A stretch of 61,283 bases of DNA, the filler included, from Candidatus Desantisbacteria bacterium CG1_02_49_89 (lineage in GTDB: Bacteria; Desantisbacteria; UBA1551), in NCBI GenBank assembly GCA_001871075.1. It is 4 parts of 4 records of this genome, joined end to end, with 100 filler letters (N's around TTAATTAATTAA, not from the genome) between each part and the next. Parts side by side here need not be neighbours in the genome. Positions count along the whole stretch, not along the records: positions 20,415 to 37,803 come from MNUP01000146.1; positions 37,904 to 54,900 come from MNUP01000085.1; 2 more parts are not named here. One strand, 5' to 3'. Below the pieces are notes generated by a model, which was not told the DNA's origin, did no database searches, and was given only the letters and a program-made list of their open reading frames with translations. Shown piece by piece: positions 30,345-42,075 of this stretch (the first letter of the stretch is position 1; each line of letters starts with the position of its first letter). The position numbers and the translations under genes are program-made.

Positions 30345-33170
30345 TTATTTTTCTACCAGCCGGATATAGTCTACTTCTGCAGTAACTCCTTCTTCGCCGG
30401 TGGGGTCAAATCGTAAATCCGTGATGAGGTCTGACAACCAAAGAGAGTTTTTCCCAACATTGAGTTTATACTCATGAAATTCTCCGTCTCCTTTAATCCT
30501 AAAACCGAAACTCATGGGTTCATTATAATTCTGAGACGACTTTGTAAGCCAGAATATTTGCCCCTGGGAATTTTTGCTTATTTTGACCCGTATGACAATA
30601 AACGGAAATTTTTCTCCGTTGATTTCTAACTCAGAACTTCTAAACGCAGAATCATTCGTGGCAGATGTGCCCTTTAACACTCCGCCTGCCACCCCTGCGT
30701 CATTTAAATTCATAAGGGGGTTCCAGCCCTCTCCGTTCCCGTCCTCATTGAATTCCCAGGCAATCATCCGGCTAATGTCCTGCCACTGTTTTACTGAAAG
30801 ACCTGCATCCTGAGGAATAACATCCTGGTGGCCCTTTGATTCAGTGGTAAACACTTCTCTTATTGCATCCAGGTATCCAAATCCAAATTCTCTGTGCGGC
30901 TCTATAAAATCTCCTTCGCCAAACTCATTCCATGCTTCTGCCAGAACAATATTAAGTTTATCTTTTCCAACAGGGTGTTTGTCTGTAAATCCCTTTGCCA
31001 ATTCAAGCATCTTTTTGAATTTATCCGGATGTTTACCCGTGCGCGTGAATGCCTGTTCCCCGTGCCAGGGACGGGCATCCCAGCCCGGGTCAGTAACAGC
31101 AATATAATCCAGCAATCCATACCCCGCAATCTCTTCCCAGATGGCATTATAGCCCTGTATTGCCAGATCATAGGGAGAAGTCTTTTCTCCTGAATTCGCA
31201 CCTGCAGACGGATAGTTATAACCTGTAACCGCGTCATAGCCCTCTTCCTTGAGCGCCTCAACTGTTCCCTTTCCGGGATATGCACAAGCTGCCAAGTACA
31301 ACCCGCTAAAACCTTCTTTCCTGCATAACTCTCTCATTTTTTCAAAAGCAATCTTTGCCTTCTCAACTCCCATATCTTTGGTTATCCTGTCAGGGCTGAA
31401 AATAATTACCACAGGTTTATTGTCTATCTTCAGATATTCCGGCTCTTTGAAGTAATTCTTCAGCCAGTAATTGGTAACCTTGAGCAAGTCCTGTTCTGAG
31501 GAAGTTTTGTCCGGATTGTGGTTGCACCAGCAGATGCAGAACATAAGGTATTTGCGATATCGGGATTTTAAATACCCGTTATTTAAAGCATGGTCAAGCT
31601 GCCTTGCGCCTCTGTCCCAGTACCAGTCATATGCAAAAAAGGAAATTCCGTGTTCCACAGCCCATTTTATATGCCAGTCTGCGATGTCAGGCTCTCCTTC
31701 CTGATACCAGCCCAGCACGGGTTTGCGTTCAGGAAAGTTTTTTATGGCAGCCCATCCTTTATGAGCGCCCTGCTTCCACCCCGGGAAGTAGTAGGCGCCA
31801 ACCAGGTAATTTGATTTCGCAGGTTTTGGTTCCGGCACATATGGTTTGCCTTCAACAATTCCAGGAGAAACAGAAATCTTCGCTGTGAAAGAAAGAACAG
31901 CGGATGCAGAGACAGGCGTAAAATTCTTTCCCGTAATTTCGAGCCTTGCAATATCCTGAATTGGATTCGGACCTTGAATGAACCAGCGAATTTCTTCTTT
32001 TTTCTCCAGAACTTTAATTTTTTTGGTGGTCCTTTCTCCCTCCATAACCTGAACTCCTGCCGGAAGCAACACAGAAAGGTTGATTTCCTCACCGGGTTCT
32101 CCGCCGATGTTTTCCAGCACACAGATCAGGTCTGCATCCTGTCCTGCCCTGTTGATTGCTTCCTCTAAACCGAAATACATCACTTTCATCTCTGCCGGAC
32201 CCTTTGGTTTTTCTGCAATTCTGACGGACTTCAGTTCAGCCCTTGCCCCATTTGCATCAGAAGGACGCAGGGCTATGGCAATAACTCTTTTATCCCATTT
32301 GGGCGCAGAACTTATGTTTATAGCGTAAACATGGAACTGTTCGTCTGCAATAAGGTCAAAAACCCTTCTCTCCATTCCGGGCTCTCCTTCTCTCATCCAG
32401 CGGATCTCTCCTTTTGTGCCTTTATCCACCTTCATTATAAATGAAACCCAGGCAAAATCCGCGATGTTTTTGATTTCTATGCGCGGAGAAAGAATCAATG
32501 GCTCTTTCCCTGCAGCCACAATTTTGAGCGCGCCTTCTGCAGCATCTATCTTAGCATCCTGCCATACTTTCCAGCCCTGCAGGTTCTTTTCTTTGTCAAA
32601 TGTCCAGTCAGGCAAAACAGATTCCCTGTCTTCCTTTAGAAGTTTTTCACCCAGCGTGAGCACCGGTTTATCCTCTTGATTTTTCACAGGTCCGATTCCT
32701 ATCCAGTCAATGAATAAATTTCTGTCTGATGCCGCTGCTGCATAATCATTTATAAAAGAAATGCTTATAATGTGCTCCCCTCTGTTAAGAGTAAAAGCAT
32801 CTGTGAAATAGACTTTTGGCTTGCCCATATCTTCTTTCACCTCCCACTCAAAACTCCCCGCATCACCCCCGTCAATCTCAACAACCATTTTCGGCCATTT
32901 TTCTTCTGTATCCGGGTCTAATGCAGGTGTTCCTGCTGACTGCACTGCAACTTTATAAAGTCCTTTTTCTTTCACATTGCACTTCACAGTCAAACTGGCA
33001 TTAGCCCAGAACGCCCACCAGCCGGGGATATTACCCATTCCTCCGGTGTGTTCCAATGCCTGGTCCTCAGCCTCAACGATCCCCGGGACCTCTATCTGTG
33101 CATGGCAGACCACAAAAAACACACAGCTAAACATCACAACAACCAATCCGCCGATTAAAACTCTTTTCAC
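30345..33170 (-). CDS. secreted glycoside hydrolase family 99-like/WbsX-like protein with carbohydrate-binding domains
   Basis: GAYYFPGW, PVLGWY, FAYDWYW, GWDARPW, AWNEFGEG; DRNLFIDWI CBM-like segment. Confidence 0.75.
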   Translation of the reverse strand: MKRVLIGGLVVVMFSCVFFVVCHAQIEVPGIVEAEDQALEHTGGMGNIPGWWAFWANASLTVKCNVKEKGLYKVAVQSAGTPALDPDTEEKWPKMVVEIDGGDAGSFEWEVKEDMGKPKVYFTDAFTLNRGEHIISISFINDYAAAASDRNLFIDWIGIGPVKNQEDKPVLTLGEKLLKEDRESVLPDWTFDKEKNLQGWKVWQDAKIDAAEGALKIVAAGKEPLILSPRIEIKNIADFAWVSFIMKVDKGTKGEIRWMREGEPGMERRVFDLIADEQFHVYAINISSAPKWDKRVIAIALRPSDANGARAELKSVRIAEKPKGPAEMKVMYFGLEEAINRAGQDADLICVLENIGGEPGEEINLSVLLPAGVQVMEGERTTKKIKVLEKKEEIRWFIQGPNPIQDIARLEITGKNFTPVSASAVLSFTAKISVSPGIVEGKPYVPEPKPAKSNYLVGAYYFPGWKQGAHKGWAAIKNFPERKPVLGWYQEGEPDIADWHIKWAVEHGISFFAYDWYWDRGARQLDHALNNGYLKSRYRKYLMFCICWCNHNPDKTSSEQDLLKVTNYWLKNYFKEPEYLKIDNKPVVIIFSPDRITKDMGVEKAKIAFEKMRELCRKEGFSGLYLAACAYPGKGTVEALKEEGYDAVTGYNYPSAGANSGEKTSPYDLAIQGYNAIWEEIAGYGLLDYIAVTDPGWDARPWHGEQAFTRTGKHPDKFKKMLELAKGFTDKHPVGKDKLNIVLAEAWNEFGEGDFIEPHREFGFGYLDAIREVFTTESKGHQDVIPQDAGLSVKQWQDISRMIAWEFNEDGNGEGWNPLMNLNDAGVAGGVLKGTSATNDSAFRSSELEINGEKFPFIVIRVKISKNSQGQIFWLTKSSQNYNEPMSFGFRIKGDGEFHEYKLNVGKNSLWLSDLITDLRFDPTGEEGVTAEVDYIRLVEK

Positions 33171-33178
33171 TGGCCCCC

Positions 33179-36100
33179 CTATTTAACCCGCACTCTAAAT
33201 TTAATACTCCTCTGTTCGTTGACGCCCAGCGTGTTTATTCCCCATCGCAAACCTTTAATGTTTTCCGCGCCGGCAGGCGGACTGCTGTTCCACGGCTCCC
33301 ATATTGCGCCGGCCGGGTCAGCAGCATATGTCCAGGAATCAGCAATTGTTTCACTATCCATTGAGAGGAATGCCACCGGAGTGTATACCGCCGTGTTGAA
33401 TGTTATGGTATCAGTGATTATGAGATTTATGGCAGTTTCTCCTCCAACATTTGAAATCTTCAGCCTGAATTCTAAAGTATCACCGGCAGAGAGTAAAACA
33501 ATTGTTTGCGTATCCTGCCCGGTGAGCTGTTCGTTCCTGACAAATTTTTCAAGGAGGATAACAGGCATCACGATTGTTTCCTTCTGACTGCTGATAATAT
33601 CAGAAGAAGTTATGGTAATGACAGGTGCTCCACCGCGGCTGTCCTTATAGAAAAATACTATGGAGCCGGAAGAGAACCTGATGATACTTGTGTCAGACCA
33701 GGATTCCCTGCCCAGTGAAAATCTGCCTTTTGAAGAAGTTGATTTCAGAGACGCTGTTTCATTCCAGCCTGTATCTGTATTGCCCGATTCATCCCTGGCA
33801 ACAACTGCAATAGTATCAGACGCCTGTATTGAAGAAATCACAAACGGCGGAGAAAGGAATTGCAGCTTGGAAGCAGTAATGGTTTCCTGCTGTGCCGCGG
33901 GAGTCAGCCCTGAATGGGTAATTGTAATAACCGGGCTGCCGATAAGGTAGTCCCTGTAATAGAATGCGGCAGAGCCGTTTGTCAGGGTTACTGTATTTAT
34001 ATTTACCCAGTTCTGTGTCAGCGAGAAAGAACCGCTCTCAGAAGAAGTCAAGAGATTAGCAGCCTCATTGAAATTGCTGTCAACATTACCAACTCCATCC
34101 TCAGCAACAACAGTAACAGGAACTGCCTGGCCGGATTTAGCCTTAAAAGGAGAATTTGTAATTTTCAGCTGAGTAGCCAATATCCTGAAGGTAATCGGTT
34201 TCTGCCTTCCTTCATAACTTGCCACAATCTCATCCGCAGGCAATGCTTTATTATACAACCTGACTTCATCAATAACGCCGGGCCAGCTTGTTCCTATATT
34301 AACCGGATTTGACGTTGAATCAATTGAGCCCGTCCTTGTGGAAGACGCCTTGAATTCTCCGTTAACATATATCTTAAGGTTGCCTGCTCCTGCATTTTTG
34401 TCATAGGTTGTTACCACGTGATACCAGATTCCTGCACCCGGCTGTATCCCGCTGTTTACCCTTGGCTCCCAGCCTGCGCCGATAACCACAAAAGAGGTGA
34501 AGTTTCCACTCTCTGTGGGCGGAAGAGGGTCGCGGCGGAGCTGGAAACTGTTGCTCTTATCAATGTACATCAGCCAGGTGCCTTCACCCACCCGTTTTAA
34601 CCACAGCTCCGCTGTCAACTCATCACTAAAATGCAGAGAATCAGTATCAGGGATTGTTACATAATTCCCGGTCCCGGTGAATTCAAGCCCGGAACCATAA
34701 TATCCGCTGGCCCAGGCAGGACTACCCGTAAGAGAACCGTTGTTTTTATATGGAGAGACATCATAAGCCGCAGTTCCTTCTCCCTCATCAAAATTCCACC
34801 CGCCTGCGAGAAGATTATCTTTGAAGATTGTATTCTTTATGGTTTTTGAGCTGTCGCCTAAAAGATAAGCTGTAATGGTGTCCTTTCCCGGGAGGGTTGA
34901 AACAAGCAGGCCCGTGCACCACCCGTTTGTATCGGTTACCTGCCCGTTTGGATAAGTAATCGTGTCATATGCATCATCCGCTGTTCCCTTGCGGCTTGTA
35001 GTGATTACCACTGTTTTGCCGGGAACAGGATTGCGGCACCTGTCTGTTACAACTGCTATCACGGGACAGGGGGTGATTCCGTCTATACCCGCATTGCGGG
35101 AACCAACTATAATATACGAAGCGGTTTCGCTGAAATCACCGAGGTTGACATACTGAGCCTGGGTTGTTTCAGACAAAGACCCGCTTCTGACTGTGAGCGT
35201 ATAAGAACCGGGTTTTATATCTTTGAAGAAAACGTATGTCTCGCCGCTTACAAACCTTAAGGTCAGAGAAGAAGCCCAGTTCTCTCCGCCGGGCGCGGCA
35301 GAAAACCTGCCGGTTGGCGATGAGGACGAAAATTCGCAATCTTCATTGTAGTTATCTGCCTTTGAACCGTCAGACCACTGCGCCTGGACCACTATTGACT
35401 CAGATGCAGAACCGGCAACAATCGTTCTGGGGGGAGTAAGAAACGCAATTTTTGACGCTGCTGCCCAGGTAATGGGTTTTTTTCTTCTTCCTTCATAATC
35501 TGCCCTGACTTCCTCTGCGGACAGGGCCTTGTTGTATATGCGCACTCCATCCAGCAATCCGGGGAAGTTATACCCGCCGCCTCCGCCATAGGAACCTATG
35601 TAAAGGTCCCCGGAAGAAGGATTTATGCCCCCTATCCTGTCCAGAGTTGCTGTTTCAACTCCGTTAACATACAGGCGCAGTTTTGAACCGTCACTTGTTC
35701 CCACCACATGGGTCCACTGGTAAAGCGGCACAGCGTATGGACTGGTAAAGTAATGGCTCCATGGAGTCAGGGGGACATGCCATGCCACATACCCGTCCCC
35801 GCCAAAGCCCAGACGATAACCCTGGGCTCCATCTGTCACTTTATTTATCATCCAGGAATCGCCTGTTGTGCCTGTGCGATAAAACCACAGTTCAACTGAA
35901 ATCTGCTGGGGGTCAAGGGAATCAGTGTCAGGGACTGAAACATAGTCTGTGGAACCGTTAAAAGAAAGGGAAGAACCGTATTTGCCTTGAGCCCAGGTCG
36001 GACCATAGAGCCTTCCGCTGTTCGCAGGAGAACCGGCAATGTCTCCGCCTGCCTCATCAAAGTCCCACCTTCCAGCAGGAGCCGAATTAAAGAATGTGAG

Positions 36101-37803
36101 TTCAATGATCTTTCCCGGTTCTCCGGTTACTGTTGCAGTAATCGTGTCTTTTCCTTCAAGCGAAGAAACTACTATGCCTGTTGCCATTCCGTTTTCGTCT
36201 GTGGGCTGGGAAGGCTGGGTTATTGTATCGCAGGTGTCCTCAGAAGTGCCCTTGCGGCTTGTAGTAATTAAAACAGTTGCACCCGGGATTGGATTGTAAT
36301 AGATATCCGTTACAACGACTCTTATTTTACACTGGTTCTGCCCGTCTCCAATGGGATTACGGGGACTAATTACAATATATGAAGCAGTTTCAGAGAATAC
36401 GCCTGGCGTTATTAACTGAACTTGTGTTGTATCCGGTAATCCAGGACTTTTTACTGTAATTATGGATGGGCCGGCTTTCGTGCCTTTGTAATAAACATAG
36501 GTTTCGCCATCAACTACCCTGAGTGAAATCGAAGAAGACCATGTTTCACCTGTCTGGGTATCGCAGAATAAACCGTTTGATGACAGGAATTGGCAATTTG
36601 CGTTAAAATTAGCAGCTTTTGAACCATCAGCCATTTGCGCCTGCACGCATATGGACTCCGATACACTGCCGGCAACCAGTGTCCTTGCTGGAGTGATAAT
36701 CGCAAGTTTGTCTGCACTGGTGAATTCAATTGTAGGGACCCTGCTGGCGCGCACGCAGTCAAACCATGCAGTGCCCACCCCACCCTGCATGCACCTGTAT
36801 TCCATCTGGTATGCATCTGCAGGGACACTGAACAGTGCGCTCAAAAGTGTCCAATCAGAATTGCCAGAGAGTCCGCTGGAATTGACATCTCCCCTGACAA
36901 TACCGCCGTCCCACCAGATTATCCTTATCACGGCGCTGCCGCTGGACAGGTCAGTCTTTGTATACTGGGTGAAACGATATGCACTGCCGGGGATAACAGA
37001 CTTTTTAACAGAAGGGGCAGCAAAATTGTCTGCTGCGCTGGTACACGTATGCCTGATTGCCTTAACTCCTGAATATGGTGTGTCACTTACCAATGACCAG
37101 GAACCTGAATTTGCGGCAAAACTCCAATCATCTGGTCCAGACCCTTTTTCAAACGACGGATTAGGAAGAACGTTCTCAGTTATGGTCACGCCCTCGGAGA
37201 AGGCAACTACTGTATCCTGGCCTGCCACAGAAGAAACTATCGTTCCCGTGCTTTGCCCGTTTGAATCTGTCAGTCCCGGCTGGAAGATTGTATCTGCAGT
37301 AGAACCGCGGGATGACACAATAGTAACCTGCCTGCCGGAGAGGGGATTCCCGATGTTATCCCTGATAAAAATCGCAACCTTGCACTGGTTAACTCCGTTT
37401 GCCGGAAGTGAGCCTGTGCCGGGAGAAACGATACGCAGATAAGAAGCAGTCTCTGAAACAGGAATACTGGCAAGGACTTCCACAATTTGCGTGTCTGAAA
37501 TCAAGCCCTGTCTGGACACAGTAATCACAGGACTGTCTGCTTCAGTATCGGAATAATAGAAAATTCCGGAACCCGCACCAAGCGTAATTGAGCTGTCGTT
37601 TGATGTGCTCCAGTTAAATTTATCTGTTGAAAACCGTCCTGATACCGAAGAAGATAAGAGACCGACAGTCTCATTGAATGTCCCAGCCTTTTCCCCGAAA
37701 TTGTCCAGTACCTCAATGGCAATTGACTCGGAAGCAGAACCGGTAAAAACCGTCCTGGGGGGAGTGATGATTGCAATCTCAACTGGTCCGACAAATTCAA
37801 TAG
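33179..37803 (-). CDS. large modular surface protein (Ig/invasin-like repeats, two LamG domains, CBM-like domain); 5'-partial
   Basis: frame stays open up to the gap; repeated SETASY..TDxxG..DTITA units; WDFDE..GVRIYNKALS; ENVLPNPSFE. Confidence 0.8.
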
Positions 37804-37903
37804 NNNNNNNNNNNNNNNNNNNNNNNNNNNNNNNNNNNNNNNNNNNNTTAATTAATTAANNNNNNNNNNNNNNNNNNNNNNNNNNNNNNNNNNNNNNNNN
37901 NNN
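37804..37903. other. artificial contig-join spacer
   Basis: N run with central TTAATTAATTAA. Confidence 0.98.
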
Positions 37904-37988
37904 AATTTTATGCGTTACGCCTGCAAGGTGGAGCAGGTTTCTGTCCGTTAAAATAGTTGCTGAAAAAGTGTAAAGTAACCTGAATTGC

Positions 37989-38063
37989 TCAATTATTTAA
38001 AGGGAATAAAATTAGTGCCTGTCCCCAATTTACCGGGATATTCTCATCTACAAATATTCGCAT
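37989..38063 (-). pseudogene. truncated DUF5615/VapC45-like PIN toxin
   Basis: MRIFVDENIP start directly after the DUF433 gene, then stop after 24 aa. Confidence 0.65.
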
Positions 38064-38068
38064 GGTTT

Positions 38069-38305
38069 TTATGCCGCAGCTTTCTCAAGATTAATAGGCG
38101 TAATCTGTTCCTCGGTTAAACTTGCAGCATAATCAAGGCAAGCGAGAACGTCCTCGCGTTTTAACGATGGGTACTCTTCAAGCAATTTCTTTATTGTATC
38201 TCCATTAGCAAGCATGCCGATGACCTGGTGAACAGGAATGCGCGTGCCCTTGACACAAACTTGGCCATGACAGATCTTTGAGTTGATTGAAATACGTTCG
38301 TACAT
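38069..38305 (-). CDS. DUF433 family antitoxin
   Basis: RISINSKICHGQVCVKGTRIPV..LANG..EEYPSLKREDVLACLDYA. Confidence 0.88.
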   Translation of the reverse strand: MYERISINSKICHGQVCVKGTRIPVHQVIGMLANGDTIKKLLEEYPSLKREDVLACLDYAASLTEEQITPINLEKAAA

Positions 38306-38558
38306 ATCGCTCCTCCTTCTCAAAAAGAAACACTTCAAGCTTTTGTTTCCTTCAAAGAGTGTGCGTTATAAATATGTCAAATGGTATTATATCATGATTT
38401 AGCAGTAATGTCAAGGAAAGGGGCGAATTTAAGGGTCGGGGTTTTTTGATGTCATTGCGACCCGCCAATATTCGTGGCGGGGTGGCAATCCTATATTGAG
38501 ATTGCTTCGTCCCGACTTACCGGGACTCGCAAAGACAACAGTAACTATTCCGTGGAAT

Positions 38559-41500
38559 TCAGTAGTATAGTACTTCTACCTTGATATCTTTAACCGGTTT
38601 ATCAAAAACAACCCATTCTTTGGCTGGGTCAAAATTGGAATAAGATGAGCCATTGACAAGGACCTTTTTGATTTGCGCCTGTTTCGGATGGCGAATGCGG
38701 ACAAATATATTACCGGGACTCTTGCGGAGATTAAGCTCAAGATTGCAGACAATTCTTTGCGCCGAAACAGATTTATATTCAGCGCTGACAGCGCCGAACC
38801 CGGTTTTTACGTTCTTCAGCCACATTTTTTCCTTCTTCGCGAACCACTGCCGCGGGATCCCTTTTCCTATGTAGAGCTCGTCCCCGGCCTCGCACACGAA
38901 CATCATTTTCAGCCACCTGGAAAAATTCGCCTCGTCAGAGGTCTTGAAGTGCGCGCCGCCCGTTATCCCGAGCTTTGGCAGGGGGTGCTCTACCAGGAGG
39001 TTAAGGTCAGGCCTGTAAGCGGACGCGAATCCGTTAAAAAGCGCGCGCAGAAAATGCCTTATCTCGTCCCTGTATAAATAAGGAAGAGGGCCTGGCAGAA
39101 GGTTGGGCTGCATTGAGAACCCGCCGATACCGAACCACTGTTTTTTGAAATTGCGAAGCCCGTACCCGAACCTGCGGTCAACGTAGCGGTTATCCTCGTA
39201 ATCCTTAAGGATCCAGGCTGCCTCCTGCGAACAGGGGTCAAAAAGCCGGGCGATGAGCGTGTAGATCGCACCCTCCAGCACTTCCCTTATCCATCCGTAA
39301 TCCCTTCCGCGCAAATACAGCCGGGACGGAAAATGTGGCACGTAAGTACCATCCCGCAGTTTTACAACCGGGGATCTGCGACTTGCCTGCCTGAAACCCG
39401 TTCTCAGGTCATCCGCGTATTCCCCGGCTTCTTTCCCAAGCCTTTTTCCTTCAGGATGGCCTGCTTCTAAAAGCGCCCTGGCGCAGGAATCAAGCCCCCA
39501 CCAGGTAAGAGTGTTGGTTGAAAGCCAGTAATAGAATTCTGTCACATCCTCAAGACTGCCTGCGGGAAGGAACCCGTATTCCATGGCTCCCGCGTTCTTC
39601 TTTGTATTGTTCCTCTGCCTTATAACCCAGTCGCATCCGGCAATAAGCCTGTCAGCGCTGGATAAAAGCCATTGCGCGTTGCCGCTCAGGCGAAAATGCT
39701 CTCCCGCGCACCACAGCACCCAGCCGTGATGCTGATTGTAATGGCCGCACTCGTACCCGCCTGCCCCGAAGAACATCCCGTTATAGTCAGTGAAGTTCCC
39801 GGGCTGGGGCACAGTGCCCTGGTATTTCAGGAACACGCCAAGCCGCCTTTCTGCCTCGTCGTGCAGGCCGCGCTGGTCCAGGTCATTGATGATCATGCAG
39901 GATTCGTTCGAAAAATTGCCGTACGAGACAGTGCCCACGCAGGTGTTCACGAGCTTGTTGTCGTCAGGCATTGCTTCATCCGTTATGAAAACGTGCGCGA
40001 GATGCGTGCGATGGAAATCGTTGAGGATGGGCTCAGGCGTTCTTATGCCGCATCCCCTGTTCTCCTGCTTTTCCCAGAACTCTTTCGCCTCGGCAAGCTC
40101 CCTGCCGAACTCCTTCACTCCAAGAGCAGAAAGCTCTTCCGCGGTCTTAAGCGCGGTAAAGGGAATCTTGATCACCACCTCTTCTGATCCGCCCGCCCGC
40201 AAAACCGTTTTGTAAACAAGTTCCCTTTGGGTGCTTTCGCAAAATTTACCCTCTCCCCTCAAGGGAGAGGGAGAAGATGAGGAAATTGAAAAGCGCAGAA
40301 GGTTCTCGTTCTTATAATAGGTATAAACAAGTTCATCTATTTTTATTAGGCCTTCGGGCTTGCCGCCCGCAACCGCGTTGTTCGTATACACAGCTTCTGC
40401 CAGCGCGGAAAGCTTGAGTTTTACGCTTGCTGCTTTCCTGCCCGTGTTCTTAATTATAATTCTTGCAATCGCGATAACAGGCGAATCCGGGGGGATCTCG
40501 CCCGCAAGGATGCTGCGTAAAAGCGGCACCGCGAATACTGTCTGTGAAACTGAGACTGTCCCTTTCCTGAAGATTGAAGTTAATATCGGCAGTTTATTTT
40601 TTTCAATGTATCTATCTTCCAATCTGTAATCTTGTAATCCGATCTTCAGGCCCCAGTTCCCCTCCCTTTTAATGCCGGGGGTATCTTCGCCTTTCACGTT
40701 CATCAATCTGGGGTTGTCGCGTATCAGTATCGCGCCGTCAGGGAAGATCATGAACTTCTGCCTTGAGTGCTTGCACCCAACAAAATAATAGGTAAGGTCG
40801 GGCTTCGGCATTGCTTTCAGCGCGTTTTTCAGGGATTGTTCTTTATGCTTAAAAACCATGTCGTAGATCGTCTTGTTCTTCTTGAGGGCACAGGTTATTT
40901 GCCCGAAAGGCCTGGTATCAGAGGAATTTTTTACAAGGATATTAAGAAGGGGAACAAACACGGGGTTTTCAAGCGCTTCTTTTACATTGAAAGTAAAGCT
41001 GCCTTTATCTGTATTTAGCGTGACAAGCGGCTCGTCGCCGGAAAAGGGATTTTTCGGGGTCATTATGGTGAGCTTGATTTTCGATTGGAAGATTGGAAGA
41101 TTGGAAGATTGTCCGCCCATGTTGGTACTGGGCGAAACCTCGCCCCGATGTAAAGTTGGGGCGGGGACTATTGGACTATTCGACGATTGGACAGTATTTA
41201 AAAGCTCACAATTATAGGTGCTTACGACAGTTATGGGATTATTGTCTTTGGATTCAATTGTAAGGGCGGCTTGCTTGCAGGGGGAAGTGGTGTAAACCGC
41301 GGGATTTTTGAGCGGAGATCCTGCGGGCAGCCCGATCTTAAGCTTCATTGTCCTTCTGAACCTGACAGCGTAATTCTTTTCAGCCGGATATTCTTCCGAA
41401 AGCGGGCGGAATCCGATAATTATTCTTCCGTTTTCCTCTTTTATCTCTGTAGAGGCAAGCTTATACTCGCCGTTGAACCAGTCATCTGTTTTTGCCCAGC

Positions 41501-41708
41501 CAAAACCGCCTGTGCCCCGGCTCAATGAAGTTTCCCAGCGTTCTTCTGGCCAGATTTTTTTCCAGTACAAGACCTTTATGGCCGAAAGATCCTGCTGGCT
41601 GGCGGTTTGCGGCTCAAGAACTACGGATTCGATGTCCCGTGCCTCTTCCCAGACCCATTCATTTTCGCTAATTTCACGGGCAAACGGTATTATATTTATT
41701 TTTTTCAT
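38559..41708 (-). CDS. large hypothetical protein with probable (alpha/alpha)6 glycoside hydrolase-like domain
   Basis: long ORF; YGNFSNE, HHGWVLW, GFLPAGSLED, GIPRQW, TGFGAVS C-terminal sandwich pattern. Confidence 0.6.
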   Translation of the reverse strand: MKKINIIPFAREISENEWVWEEARDIESVVLEPQTASQQDLSAIKVLYWKKIWPEERWETSLSRGTGGFGWAKTDDWFNGEYKLASTEIKEENGRIIIGFRPLSEEYPAEKNYAVRFRRTMKLKIGLPAGSPLKNPAVYTTSPCKQAALTIESKDNNPITVVSTYNCELLNTVQSSNSPIVPAPTLHRGEVSPSTNMGGQSSNLPIFQSKIKLTIMTPKNPFSGDEPLVTLNTDKGSFTFNVKEALENPVFVPLLNILVKNSSDTRPFGQITCALKKNKTIYDMVFKHKEQSLKNALKAMPKPDLTYYFVGCKHSRQKFMIFPDGAILIRDNPRLMNVKGEDTPGIKREGNWGLKIGLQDYRLEDRYIEKNKLPILTSIFRKGTVSVSQTVFAVPLLRSILAGEIPPDSPVIAIARIIIKNTGRKAASVKLKLSALAEAVYTNNAVAGGKPEGLIKIDELVYTYYKNENLLRFSISSSSPSPLRGEGKFCESTQRELVYKTVLRAGGSEEVVIKIPFTALKTAEELSALGVKEFGRELAEAKEFWEKQENRGCGIRTPEPILNDFHRTHLAHVFITDEAMPDDNKLVNTCVGTVSYGNFSNESCMIINDLDQRGLHDEAERRLGVFLKYQGTVPQPGNFTDYNGMFFGAGGYECGHYNQHHGWVLWCAGEHFRLSGNAQWLLSSADRLIAGCDWVIRQRNNTKKNAGAMEYGFLPAGSLEDVTEFYYWLSTNTLTWWGLDSCARALLEAGHPEGKRLGKEAGEYADDLRTGFRQASRRSPVVKLRDGTYVPHFPSRLYLRGRDYGWIREVLEGAIYTLIARLFDPCSQEAAWILKDYEDNRYVDRRFGYGLRNFKKQWFGIGGFSMQPNLLPGPLPYLYRDEIRHFLRALFNGFASAYRPDLNLLVEHPLPKLGITGGAHFKTSDEANFSRWLKMMFVCEAGDELYIGKGIPRQWFAKKEKMWLKNVKTGFGAVSAEYKSVSAQRIVCNLELNLRKSPGNIFVRIRHPKQAQIKKVLVNGSSYSNFDPAKEWVVFDKPVKDIKVEVLYY

Positions 41709-42075
41709 ATAAACCTCTAAAATAAACACCCCCTCCCTGTCCGGGAGAGGGCTTAAAGACAGAAACAGTCAGGGCTTAAGCCCTGAGTTACATATAAATT
41801 ATTATCCACAGGTTTTCCACACCTGTGGATTACTGCTTGATCGCCTCAAATCTGTGTTTTCCCCTTATTTTTCATCATTATTATTGACTTTGTGTTTTTA
41901 AACCTTACGCGTAACACGTTACACGTTACACGAATCCACACTGCCTGTTATTTGATATTATAACCATATTTATCAAAAAGTCAAGGACGGGCACGCCATT
42001 GATATCGCGTAAATAATGATTTGTCATTTTCAGAGAAGACCAGGCACCCGAACTTCTTTTTCTTAACAATCCACA

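Noticed and set aside
37525-37800. Separate ORF or frameshift at the 5' end of the large LamG gene
   Set aside because: The main frame is open from the gap through 37528; the listed ORF is an alternate frame
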